Positions 25,919 to 34,766 of a stretch of 64,000 bases of DNA are shown piece after piece. Position numbers and translations under genes: made by a program. Within the stretch, counting starts at the first letter, position 1; each line of letters begins with the position of its first letter. Below the pieces are notes generated by a model. It made no database searches. It was not told the DNA's origin and worked only from the letters and a program-made list of their open reading frames with translations. Origin of the DNA: a virus; IMG/VR virus record IMGVR_UViG_3300037511_000125, positions 1 to 64,000 of that record; one strand, 5' to 3'.

Positions 25919-26641
25919 CTGTTCGTAGCAGCTTGGCCTTGAGCCAAGCTAGTGCGAATAGCACGAAGTACCGCAGTAGAACCAGATACAGGCTGCATGG
26001 CGTCAGCCTGGTAGGGCAAGTGGATCTTTAAGAATACTGGACAGCGCAGGCCGTAAGGCCAGAACACCGGAGATATTCCCTGCGCCGTATGTGCATGTGG
26101 CCGCACACGAGATAGCCGAGAGGCAGTGCCATTTCCCGAAAGGGACACCGAACACAGCAGCCGCTGGTGTAGAAAGCGGAGCGCCCGCGAACGTCGCGTG
26201 ACCTTGTGAGTCATTCGACCAAGCGGAAGGCGTGCGGGGATGGGAAAACAGACCTGAACCGCGCGCAAAGCAGTACCAGCGCACGATAAGCGCATTCGGA
26301 AGAGTGCTCTTATCGGGCCTGCTGTACTGACGAAGGACCGCTGAACTCCCTGCACTAGATGAGTATCCGCGAAACCGATCCGCCATAAGTCCTACGGGCA
26401 GGGGCAGTAGGTTAGCTGAAGTCCAGTGCATAGCAACAGCGTTCCTTCGTGAGTATTGCATACCCCCAGCGAGAGGGATGATCCGATGCATTTGCCTGCC
26501 AACGCATCGGGGACCAACTGACAGGCTACACCGGGGAGCTTCGGGCGGCTGGAGAACCGGGGATGGTGATAGCTAAACCGCCCACCTATTCACATCCGCA
26601 TTGCTATATGCAGTGCGTTTCGGACTACTACGGAGCATAAG
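25919..26641 (+). ncRNA. candidate large structured ncRNA (about 720 nt, family unknown)
   Basis: No plus-strand ORF longer than about 25 codons. Many nested helices, and GNRA tetraloops that read correctly only on the plus strand (details in findings). Confidence 0.5.
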
Positions 26642-27067
26642 ATGAAATTCGATGCCAACGGCAGGCATTTCTTGGGTGATTGGGGAGTGATCGAGGTTAA
26701 TGCATTGGGTGACACGCTCCAGGCGTTGAAGGGCGCATTGCTGGTCGCGTTCGGCGAGCACCGGGACGCCACGCACTACAGGGTGTTTGACGACGCGGAG
26801 ACGGGCGGCAACATGCTTGCCCTGTACTGGACAAACAGCAGTGAGGCGATTCCGCTGCCCTTCAAGATCGACGCCAACACCGCAGTCGATTTCGTCGCGC
26901 GCTGGCTGGAAGCAAACGGACGCTGGCCGGATGAGCGACCCGACACCGATGGTGACGTGCATGTCGGGTTCCGCATTCAGTCTGGTTGGTGCGACCAAAA
27001 GAATGATCACTGCGACTTCTACACAACCGCTCTGATCATTCCCGAGTGGACTGTCTACGGCAAGTAA
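26642..27067 (+). CDS. hypothetical protein
   Basis: 141-aa ORF with good composition. Confidence 0.6.
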   Translation: MKFDANGRHFLGDWGVIEVNALGDTLQALKGALLVAFGEHRDATHYRVFDDAETGGNMLALYWTNSSEAIPLPFKIDANTAVDFVARWLEANGRWPDERPDTDGDVHVGFRIQSGWCDQKNDHCDFYTTALIIPEWTVYGK

Positions 27068-27091
27068 GCCGCCGCGCCATGCGCGAAGGAG

Positions 27092-27478
27092 ATGAAGATG
27101 CATCGCGAACGACTTGAGCAGATGGTCACCATGCTGCGGGGTTTGCCGCCGGAAGGTGAGGTTGGTTTTGATCTGTCCAGTTGGCATTGCGGAACGACAG
27201 CGTGCGCCGTAGGGCATGCCTGTCTCAATCCAAAGTTTCAAGAGCAGGGGCTAAAACTTGTTCCGAGCAGGAGTGATGGGTTCATACCCTCCTACGCGGG
27301 GAATACGGGTTGGGAGGCCGTGAGGTCTTTCTTTGGTCTGGGAGCGGAAGAAGACGATTACCTGTTTTTTGCCTGGGAGTATCCGAAAGGATCGCAGACC
27401 ACCGCAGCCGAGGTTGCCGACCGGATTGAGGATTTTCTCGCAGGCAATCCCGATCCGGACGAAGTTCTGTCGCTCTAA
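27092..27478 (+). CDS. hypothetical protein
   Basis: 128-aa ORF. Confidence 0.6.
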   Translation: MKMHRERLEQMVTMLRGLPPEGEVGFDLSSWHCGTTACAVGHACLNPKFQEQGLKLVPSRSDGFIPSYAGNTGWEAVRSFFGLGAEEDDYLFFAWEYPKGSQTTAAEVADRIEDFLAGNPDPDEVLSL

Positions 27479-27490
27479 AGGAATTCGATC

Positions 27491-27664
27491 ATGTCCGACG
27501 ACGCCATGGTGATCTGCGACACCCGAGCCAAACTCGCAGAGCTGGATGCGATGCCTCACGGCGCGCTTGTGGAACATCTCACAGAGGTATTCAGCGACTC
27601 GATCCGCCGCAAAGCAAACAGCATTATCGCTGCGGCCACGCGAGATCCGCAGGAGGGTTGCTAG
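27491..27664 (+). CDS. hypothetical small protein (57 aa)
   Basis: MSDDAMVICDTRAKLAELDAMPHG... Below the track cutoff. Its stop abuts the next ATG. Confidence 0.4.
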   Translation: MSDDAMVICDTRAKLAELDAMPHGALVEHLTEVFSDSIRRKANSIIAAATRDPQEGC

Positions 27665-28063
27665 ATGGGCGACTACATCGACATAGTTTTCGCCAAATCC
27701 CCCGATCCCAATCCCGACTTCCGCTTCGTTGAGGTTGAGGATCCGAACGGGGCGTCTGTTGACGTGGGGAACTGGCTGCAGCGCGAGGATGGGCGTTGGG
27801 TGTTGCGGATTGGGGCACCTGTACTGCGCGCCGACTCGGTGCCGCCCAACTTCGTGAGCAAATGGACGGCGGCGATCAAGGATCTACCGATGGGCGAAAA
27901 CATGTTGCTCGAGCCTGCCGCGGCAGATGCAGACCAGTTGACGGACGAGCATCGAGAGTCGCTTGAAACGGCGATACGGGTTATGAAGGATGCGGGATTC
28001 TCCCACACGGTTAAAGGGCTTGAATCTCTTCTGCGCGCCGCATTCGCAAAGGAGCAATCGTGA
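27665..28063 (+). CDS. hypothetical protein
   Basis: 132-aa ORF. Confidence 0.6.
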   Translation: MGDYIDIVFAKSPDPNPDFRFVEVEDPNGASVDVGNWLQREDGRWVLRIGAPVLRADSVPPNFVSKWTAAIKDLPMGENMLLEPAAADADQLTDEHRESLETAIRVMKDAGFSHTVKGLESLLRAAFAKEQS

Positions 28064-28278
28064 ACGCACAACAGCGCACCGACTGGAACAACCGCCCAAC
28101 GCAAGTAAAGGTTTTCGAGCTTTGCGAGTCCTGCGACACGCTTAAAGAGGGCGTCGAGACCCGAGAGGAAACCGGGTACTGGCCAAGCTTCCACGTAAAG
28201 CTGAAATCGTGTGCGTGCTGCTTCGATGTGGCCAAGAACAAGGCTCGCGTTGAGGCGTCGCAGGTTGCTTATTGCTGA
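28060..28278 (+). CDS. small Cys-rich (zinc-ribbon-like) protein
   Basis: Contains CESCD...CACC. Confidence 0.5.
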   Translation: MNAQQRTDWNNRPTQVKVFELCESCDTLKEGVETREETGYWPSFHVKLKSCACCFDVAKNKARVEASQVAYC

Positions 28279-28285
28279 GGAAGAT

Positions 28286-28405
28286 ATGAGCACACTCGGA
28301 TGGATTTGCGTAGGCATTGTCTGCTACGCCAACGTAGTGATGATTGCGATGGCGATTTGCAGGCACTGGAAAGAACAGGATCAACGGATGGGAGTGGGGG
28401 AATGA
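28286..28405 (+). CDS. 39-aa hydrophobic peptide
   Basis: MSTLGWICVGIVCYANVVMIAMAICRHW... forms one TM helix. Confidence 0.35.
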   Translation: MSTLGWICVGIVCYANVVMIAMAICRHWKEQDQRMGVGE

Positions 28406-28524
28406 AAAAGCAACGCGGAGCAACACTGATTGAGCTTTTGATGCTCATCTGGATTGTTGTTGTTTGCACCGGGTTGGGTCTCGGTATATACGCGGTCTGT
28501 CATTTCGTCGCCAAGTTCTGGTGA
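28402..28524 (+). CDS. 40-aa prepilin-like mini-peptide
   Basis: MKKQRG/ATLIELLMLIWIVVV... matches a class III (prepilin peptidase) signal, with Gly at -1 and Glu at +5. The ATGA overlaps the previous ORF. Confidence 0.4.
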   Translation: MKKQRGATLIELLMLIWIVVVCTGLGLGIYAVCHFVAKFW

Positions 28525-28536
28525 GTGAGGCGACCT

Positions 28537-28617
28537 ATGACCGCAATCCTGATCGTCGCGATACTCGTCGCCCTGTTTGATGAGTGTGTATCGCACGCAC
28601 AACCGAAACGGAGGTAG
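28537..28617 (+). CDS. 26-aa hydrophobic peptide
   Basis: MTAILIVAILVALFDECVSHAQPKRR. Confidence 0.25.
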   Translation: MTAILIVAILVALFDECVSHAQPKRR

Positions 28618-28619
28618 AT

Positions 28620-29201
28620 GTGAGCGTAGATAAACGCAGCGTCCACACAGACGCACTGGCAACACTCGGAACCATCATCGACGACACACAGGCGCGTGAT
28701 GCGATTCACTTGGCTGTAGAGCCCGTGATCGCAGCGCACTTGCTGCAACCCGGCGATGACGTTGGCTTGTTGCCTGACGGCAGCGCGACCACGGACGGCG
28801 TGAAGTTGCTTGGCATCGTTGACCCGTTCCTGAAGGAGCCGGTAGGCGAGGGTGAGCGATTCTGGCTTGTCGTCTATCCGCGCCAAATCACGTCTCTGCG
28901 CCACGTGTGGGAACACGCGGATTTCCCGGCATCAGACGAAACAAAAGTCGTCGCGCGATCCAAGGATGAATCCGAGAAGTGGTTGCGGGATTTCATCGAC
29001 GGCGCTGATTGCCCCGGCTACGAAACGGTGATCGCGGCTGCATTGGATAACAGTGGCTCATGGGATCCGGAATACCTGCACTTTCGCGATCGCGATGCGC
29101 ATGGCGATATCCCGCCCGAGTTCTGGGATCACCTTGAGGTTGTAACAGGGCGCACGATTCCGCAGGAAAGCCGCGCAAAGTACTTCTCCTGCGCCTGCTA
29201 A
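28620..29201 (+). CDS. hypothetical protein
   Basis: GTG start 5 nt after the GGAGG SD. 193 aa. Confidence 0.55.
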   Translation: MSVDKRSVHTDALATLGTIIDDTQARDAIHLAVEPVIAAHLLQPGDDVGLLPDGSATTDGVKLLGIVDPFLKEPVGEGERFWLVVYPRQITSLRHVWEHADFPASDETKVVARSKDESEKWLRDFIDGADCPGYETVIAAALDNSGSWDPEYLHFRDRDAHGDIPPEFWDHLEVVTGRTIPQESRAKYFSCAC

Positions 29202-29570
29202 CGAGCAACACCGCCAGCAGCAGTCCCCAACCCGCGAGATCGAAAGGATGCAGCGGGGTAAGTTCGAGAGCGAAGGTAAATCCGGGCCGTACGGCGGGGT
29301 CCGGAGCCCTGATGGAACGGGAATACGCAGGTGGTGACTAGCGTGAGGGGTTCGCAGTGAATGGTAGCGAGCCGCAGCAAAAGTAGAGCTGGCCGGGATC
29401 ACCTCCGGCCCCGTTCCATGAGGGCGAAAAGCGGATTTCACCCAGACACCGCAGCCATTAATTTGTCGCTGGCCATAGGTGGGAAGTGAGCGGTTGAGGG
29501 TGATGGAGCGGAAGTAGCTCTCTCTACATATGCAGGTAAGCACTCCTACGGGAGGCGAACGGAGGATGTG
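29202..29570 (+). ncRNA. candidate structured ncRNA (about 370 nt, family unknown)
   Basis: ORF-free on the plus strand. A 15-bp long-range helix 29307-21/29410-24, GGCCGG/CCGGCC at 29391-96/29405-10, and CUCC-UACG-GGAG at 29544-55. Confidence 0.45.
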
Positions 29571-29741
29571 ATGGGCAAATACGCAAACCAACAGGCAGCA
29601 GCCGAACTCGAACGCCTTCAACGCAAGGCACAGGAGCGGCAGGAGCAACGGCAGCAAGTTAAGGCGCCGCCGCGCGGGTTCTCGGATTTCTATAACTGGA
29701 AACTCGACGCCGAGATTGATCGGATGCAGGGGACTTGGTGA
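29571..29741 (+). CDS. hypothetical small protein (56 aa)
   Basis: GGAGG SD 5 nt upstream. MGKYANQQAAAELERLQRKAQ... Confidence 0.4.
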   Translation: MGKYANQQAAAELERLQRKAQERQEQRQQVKAPPRGFSDFYNWKLDAEIDRMQGTW

Positions 29742-29947
29742 TGGGCCTCGTCACCTACAACACTGAAGGCGATCCGGTGGAGTCGGGCGTATATGCATGC
29801 CGCATCCCAGATTCAATTTGCGACGGGCTACTTCTTGACCGATTCCTGCTTTGGTACGACGGCGGATGGCAATACTGCGGGAGCGACCAACGCTATCGCG
29901 GCCTCGTGAAGGGATGGATCGGCCCATTGCAGCGGAGGCTTCCATGA
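29741..29947 (+). CDS. hypothetical protein
   Basis: The ATG overlaps the previous TGA. 68 aa. Confidence 0.5.
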   Translation: MGLVTYNTEGDPVESGVYACRIPDSICDGLLLDRFLLWYDGGWQYCGSDQRYRGLVKGWIGPLQRRLP

Positions 29948-30240
29948 CGCACCACTGCCACGCTAACGACTGCCCGACACAAACGCCACAAAAGCTTTTG
30001 ATGTGCCCGAAGCACTGGCGCATGGTGCCACGAGAAATGCAGGACCGCGTCTGGGCGACATTCCGCGCTCGAAGTGCAGCGCCCGGTGCGGACCCCGCAA
30101 GTTGGGGCGATTACTACGAGGCCGCTGCCGATGCCGTTGAGCACGTTGCACGGCTGGAAGGGAAGCCCACAGAAAACAGCTATCGACGCATGGTGCCGAA
30201 GTGGCGCGAACATGCCGCCCAAAAGGAGAGGACATGCTGA
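29944..30240 (+). CDS. Cys/His-rich small protein
   Basis: MTHHCHANDCPTQTPQKLLMCPKHW... Confidence 0.55.
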   Translation: MTHHCHANDCPTQTPQKLLMCPKHWRMVPREMQDRVWATFRARSAAPGADPASWGDYYEAAADAVEHVARLEGKPTENSYRRMVPKWREHAAQKERTC

Positions 30241-30424
30241 CCTACGAACGCACAGAGGATTACACCCTCTGCCTGTCCGACGAGGGCTTCGCTCGCCTCG
30301 CCACCGAAACCGCATAAAACGCCCGCACTGCAGCCCGTCATCAAATCTCCGTCGCTATCGCGTTCGGGATTGTTGCTGGGTACTTTCTTCTGCGTGAAGG
30401 GCATTCGATATTGGAGTGGTTCAA

Positions 30425-30607
30425 ATGAACATCCCGAAGAATCTTGATCTGCGCCACGTCGAAACCGCACTGGCGCCTAGCGAACGACTCGCCGCGATCA
30501 ACGAGAACAAGCGCCTGCAAGCAATCCGCGCGCTTGGCAATCGTTGGCTTCTGGCAAAGGACTATTGCAATCACTACGTGCCAATTCTCACCAAGAAGGT
30601 AGCGTGA
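30425..30607 (+). CDS. hypothetical small protein
   Basis: MNIPKNLDLRHVETALAPSERLAAINENKRLQ... Confidence 0.45.
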   Translation: MNIPKNLDLRHVETALAPSERLAAINENKRLQAIRALGNRWLLAKDYCNHYVPILTKKVA

Positions 30608-31302
30608 TGGCAAAAGAAATCATCGCGACTAGTGGTCACTCTATTCTCGTTGACGACTCGGATTTCGAGGAACTGAATAGATACAAATGGACTGTGAATA
30701 TTACGGGCCATGCGGCAAGAAAGATTCGCGTAGAAGCTTCCACGTACAAACGCATCTGGATTGGCATGCACCGCCAGATCATGGGCCTTCCTGCAGGGAC
30801 GCGGGGCAAGGATGGTCACATCGAAGTTGACCACATCAATGGCGATCGCCTTGATAACCGGCGAAGTAATCTTAGAGCTTGCACGCGACAGCAGAATGTC
30901 CTCAACAGACGGGGAAGCAGCAGAACTGGCTTTAAAGGCGTGACACAGCAAGCCAAAACAGGACTTTTTTGCGCTGAAATACGTGTCGGCGCAATCAGAA
31001 AACATCTCGGGTCTTACCAGACTGCCGAAGAGGCGCATGAGGTTTATTGCTTATGGGCCGACATGCTGCATGGCGAATTTGCGAATCATGAGCACAACCA
31101 GCAGGCAAACGCTCGTGCGCATAACGTTATTGAGAAGGTGATGCGGGAACCGAGAGTATCGCTCTCAGACGCAAATCAAATTCGCGATCTAAGAGGGACT
31201 CTTACCGTTCACGAGGTGGCGAAACGATTTGGCATAGCTGCTTCTTATGTTTATGCGATATGGAGTGGCCGTAGCAGGAAGGATACGGGGGTTAAGGCAT
31301 GA
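30607..31302 (+). CDS. HNH endonuclease with AP2 and HTH domains (homing-type)
   Basis: HIEVDHINGDRLDNRRSNLR is an HNH_3 motif. GFKGVTQ...LGSYQTAEEAHEVY is an AP2 motif. Lower GC. Confidence 0.8.
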   Translation: MAKEIIATSGHSILVDDSDFEELNRYKWTVNITGHAARKIRVEASTYKRIWIGMHRQIMGLPAGTRGKDGHIEVDHINGDRLDNRRSNLRACTRQQNVLNRRGSSRTGFKGVTQQAKTGLFCAEIRVGAIRKHLGSYQTAEEAHEVYCLWADMLHGEFANHEHNQQANARAHNVIEKVMREPRVSLSDANQIRDLRGTLTVHEVAKRFGIAASYVYAIWSGRSRKDTGVKA

Positions 31303-31583
31303 GCATCATCAACCACCCAATTCTCCTGACCGACGACTCCGGCTTCGTCTGCGAGGCCACAGTCCGAATCGAATTCGACCACACCCCATTCGAGCGAGCG
31401 ACGCGCGATTGTCCGGGTAGTGCGGAAGAGGTTCGCGTGACCCGTGCAACGGTCTTCGTCGGCAACTTCGAGCTTGGGCCGCATCCGGCGCCGCTGAACC
31501 TTTGGGAGCCGCAAGTTTGGCAACACATCAACGAGCAACGCCAGGCCGATGAACTTGATCGGGCGATGGCTAGGGCCGCTTAA
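31299..31583 (+). CDS. hypothetical protein
   Basis: 94-aa coupled ORF. Confidence 0.5.
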   Translation: MSIINHPILLTDDSGFVCEATVRIEFDHTPFERATRDCPGSAEEVRVTRATVFVGNFELGPHPAPLNLWEPQVWQHINEQRQADELDRAMARAA

Positions 31584-31597
31584 GGCGAGGGAAGAAC

Positions 31598-31897
31598 ATG
31601 AAAGTAACTGTGAAGGGTTTCATCCACGCCGAGAAAGAGCCGTGGGACGAGAAGGCGAAGTTTGCGGTCTATCCGTTCGATATGAGCAAGACAAGCCGCA
31701 ACACGGTCCTGATCAGCGAACAGGATATCGAGGTCGACGTTCCGGATGGATTCGACATCCGCCCCGGACTCGTTGAAAACCTCGAAAAGGAGAAGCAGCG
31801 CATCACGGCGGAGTTTCAGGCGCGCGTCACCGAACTCAATGGCCAGATTCAATGCCTGTTGGCTCTTGAGGGTCCTGTCAGCGAGGTGGTTGCATGA
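31598..31897 (+). CDS. hypothetical protein
   Basis: 99-aa ORF. Confidence 0.55.
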   Translation: MKVTVKGFIHAEKEPWDEKAKFAVYPFDMSKTSRNTVLISEQDIEVDVPDGFDIRPGLVENLEKEKQRITAEFQARVTELNGQIQCLLALEGPVSEVVA

Positions 31898-32262
31898 CCA
31901 CCGAAACCAAGCCTCTGTCCTGCATCGTCATCAAAGACCTTGGGCGCTACAACTTCGCATCCAACGAGAAGCAATGGAACGTTCAGGTTCTCATGCCTGA
32001 CGGCAAGTGGCTATCCGAGAAGTGGAATGAAGACGACGAACCCGCAATCGAAGGGGAGCCGCCGAGCGAAGTCATTGCGATGATTGAGGCGAGGATCAAG
32101 TCCTATTGGATTTGCACGCGACGCGAAGAAACACTGGCCCGCATCGAAAGCTTCCGCCACATGTTCCCGCAAATGGATGACGCATGGGCGCGCAAGCAGA
32201 TCGAATCGCTTGAGTGGCGGATTTCGTCGCTGCGGGATTATCTGATTGAGGAAGAAGAATGA
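31894..32262 (+). CDS. hypothetical protein
   Basis: 122-aa coupled ORF. Confidence 0.55.
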   Translation: MTTETKPLSCIVIKDLGRYNFASNEKQWNVQVLMPDGKWLSEKWNEDDEPAIEGEPPSEVIAMIEARIKSYWICTRREETLARIESFRHMFPQMDDAWARKQIESLEWRISSLRDYLIEEEE

Positions 32263-33278
32263 GCAACGCGCTCCAAGTCATCACCAACGAGATTTACGGC
32301 GTTCGAACCAGTTTCGAGGCCGTAAGTGTTGACCGCTCAATAAACTTTGAGCGGGAAGCCGGATTCGCGATCCAGATGATTTCCGGCAACGACTACGCGC
32401 TCACGCAGGCGATGAACAACAAGCAGTCTGTCATCGACGCTGTGACGAACGTTGCCGCCATCGGGATCAGCCTGAACCCGGCCAAGAAGCAAGCCTATCT
32501 CGTTCCGCGCAAGGGCAAGATTTGCTTGGACATCAGTTACATGGGCTTGATCGACCTCGCCATTCAGGACGGCGGGATCAAGTGGGCGCAGGCGCAACTG
32601 GTGTACGAGAAAGACACGTTCGCGCTCAACGGCATGGATAAATTACCGCTGCACCAGTTCAACCCGTTCGCGAAGGATCGCGGGGAGATCGTAGGTGTGT
32701 ACGTGGTCGTGAAGACGGCTGACGGCGAGTATCTGACGCACACGATGGATATCGATGCGGCCTACGCGATCCGCGACCGCTCTGAATCGTGGAAGCGGAA
32801 CCAACCCGGCAAGCGCGGACCGTGGGAAACCGATCCCGGCGAGATGATCAAGAAAACGTGCGTGAAGCAAGCGTACAAGTATTGGCCGAAGACCGATAGG
32901 CTGAACAAGGCAATCCATTTTCTTGACACCGAAGGCGGGGAGGGTGTCGAGCCGATCCAGCAGCGCAACGAATGCCCCTCTGATCTGCTCACCGCATGGT
33001 GTGACAAGGCGAAGACCGCGCCGAACGCCGACGCGCTCAGCAAAGTCTGGACGGATGGCCTTGCAGTCATCAAGCCGACCAAGGACATGCGTGCTTACAA
33101 CACGTTCAAGGAAACAGTTTCCGCGCGTGGCAATGAGTTGAAGAAGCCGGCCGCCGCCGATGCCAACACGATCGACGTGCAGGCAAAGGAAGTGCCGAGC
33201 CGCGAACCCGGTTCGGATGACGCAGAGTTGCAGGCAGATTTTGAACGCCAGATGGCGAAAGAAGGGGCGTCGCAATGA
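32259..33278 (+). CDS. recT: RecT-family single-strand annealing protein
   Basis: ...[36 protein letters not shown]... is the RecT core. Confidence 0.85.
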   Translation: MSNALQVITNEIYGVRTSFEAVSVDRSINFEREAGFAIQMISGNDYALTQAMNNKQSVIDAVTNVAAIGISLNPAKKQAYLVPRKGKICLDISYMGLIDLAIQDGGIKWAQAQLVYEKDTFALNGMDKLPLHQFNPFAKDRGEIVGVYVVVKTADGEYLTHTMDIDAAYAIRDRSESWKRNQPGKRGPWETDPGEMIKKTCVKQAYKYWPKTDRLNKAIHFLDTEGGEGVEPIQQRNECPSDLLTAWCDKAKTAPNADALSKVWTDGLAVIKPTKDMRAYNTFKETVSARGNELKKPAAADANTIDVQAKEVPSREPGSDDAELQADFERQMAKEGASQ

Positions 33279-33931
33279 TCCTTATCGAGGCGATCCAGGG
33301 CACCCAGGAATGGTTGCAGGCTCGAAGTGGCGTGATTACCGCGTCGCGCATCTCCGACGCAATCTCGGTGCTTCAACGGAAATCAGGCTCAAAGAATCCG
33401 GGCGATCCGACAAACGAGTCGGATAAGTATGCGTACGAGGTCGCTTTTGAGCGCATCAGCGGTGTCCCCTATGCTGCGCCCATCAAAGCATTCACACTCG
33501 AGCGTGGGCACACCTTGGAGCCCGTCGCGCGGATGCTGTACGAGGAACGCACCGGCAATCTCGCAATGGAGTCGGGCATCGTTCTGTCCGACGACCGAAA
33601 GTTCGGGTACTCAACGGACGGGTTCCTGAACGACGATCGCGGCATCATCGAAATCAAATGCCCGGTTGATACGGTCAAGATCATGGACATGCTTACGACT
33701 GGCGACACGTCGGAGTACGACCATCAGATCCAGTTCGGACTTTTCCTGACTGGCCGCGCTTACTGCGATTTCATCCAGTACGTGCCGGCACTCGAATCCG
33801 TTGGCCGCGACCTCTACGTCAAGCGCATTGAACGCAATGAGGAGTTTATCGAGGACATGGTTGCCAAGGTTCTCACGTTCGAAAAGCGCGTGACTGCATA
33901 CGAAACGTTGCTGCGAAAGCAAGCCGCCTAA
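33275..33931 (+). CDS. YqaJ/lambda-Exo-like 5'-3' exonuclease
   Basis: GTQEWLQARSGVITASRISDA... and ...IIEIKCP... are PD-(D/E)XK motifs. Coupled to recT. Confidence 0.8.
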   Translation: MILIEAIQGTQEWLQARSGVITASRISDAISVLQRKSGSKNPGDPTNESDKYAYEVAFERISGVPYAAPIKAFTLERGHTLEPVARMLYEERTGNLAMESGIVLSDDRKFGYSTDGFLNDDRGIIEIKCPVDTVKIMDMLTTGDTSEYDHQIQFGLFLTGRAYCDFIQYVPALESVGRDLYVKRIERNEEFIEDMVAKVLTFEKRVTAYETLLRKQAA

Positions 33932-34043
33932 GCCCTCGCCGCTGCCCGCACGGATTGGCTCAGTAGAGCGTGTTCCCGCGCGTATCAAATAGGCAGCGGC
34001 ACCCAATCCCCTAGTCGTACGGTGGTCCCGTACGGCGCTCTTA

Positions 34044-34068
34044 GGCCCGGAAGCTCGGGCCGTTTTTT
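34044..34068 (+). terminator. rho-independent terminator
   Basis: GGCCCG-gaagct-CGGGCC followed by GTTTTTT. Confidence 0.75.
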
Positions 34069-34111
34069 ATTCGTGAATCGTGGCGTGTTTGCTGCGATAT
34101 AGGAGAGAGAA

Positions 34112-34396
34112 GTGGACTTGAGCGAAGCATTCGATAAGTTCGACGACGAGTACATCAAGTTTGAGCGTGTCGAGAACAAGCTGAGCAGTCGACCCGATAT
34201 TCACGCGTTCATCCTGCTCAACCAGTTGCAGCCCGGCACAAGAGACCTGGTAAGCGCCGCCGAACACGACGAAATCTATCTCGACATCGACGTTGATAAG
34301 TTGGCGGAAGTCATCACCGAGGATCAAGTTCGCGACCTCGCGCGTTGCGGTGTTCGGTATGACGATGGGTTGGATTGCTTGGCGATGTTTGTTTAA
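34112..34396 (+). CDS. hypothetical acidic protein
   Basis: 94-aa ORF. Confidence 0.55.
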   Translation: MDLSEAFDKFDDEYIKFERVENKLSSRPDIHAFILLNQLQPGTRDLVSAAEHDEIYLDIDVDKLAEVITEDQVRDLARCGVRYDDGLDCLAMFV

Positions 34397-34434
34397 CCAC
34401 CCTACGGCCACCGGCCGGTACAGGAATAGAGATC

Positions 34435-34731
34435 ATGAGCAACGCATATACGCCAGGCCCATGGAAGTGGACGCGGACACTTGACGGTCTGAATGCACTC
34501 GAAAGTGATTCGATCGCATACGGAATTCTCGTTTGCGCAGAAGACAACGCGCCGCAAGACCTGAACGACGAAGCTAACGCTCGCCTGATCGCCGCCGCGC
34601 CCGATCTGCTCGAAGCGATCCTAGCGCTCGATGATCTCCGAGGCGCATGGGCTCCGCCTGAGGAAACAATCAAAGCGGCATGGTCGAAAGCGCGCGCCGC
34701 AATCGCGAAAGCAACCGGCGTCACACCCTAA
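34435..34731 (+). CDS. Ea22-C-terminal-like protein
   Basis: MSNAYTPGPWKW...NARLIAAAPDLLEAI... is a common phage motif. Confidence 0.55.
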   Translation: MSNAYTPGPWKWTRTLDGLNALESDSIAYGILVCAEDNAPQDLNDEANARLIAAAPDLLEAILALDDLRGAWAPPEETIKAAWSKARAAIAKATGVTP

Positions 34732-34766
34732 CCCTCGCCTATTCGGCCAATTGTGATCTTGAGGAT

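Noticed and set aside
25915-27241. Minus-strand ORFs 25915-26355, 26003-26491 and 26573-27241.
   Set aside because: They are Arg/Cys/Pro-rich, overlap each other or the good plus-strand gene 26642-27067, and are oriented against the operon. I interpret 25919-26641 as noncoding RNA instead.
29058-29657. 199-aa minus-strand ORF across the second structured region.
   Set aside because: It is Cys/Arg/Leu-rich, overlaps the end of a good plus-strand gene and the SD/ATG at 29571, and has no motif.
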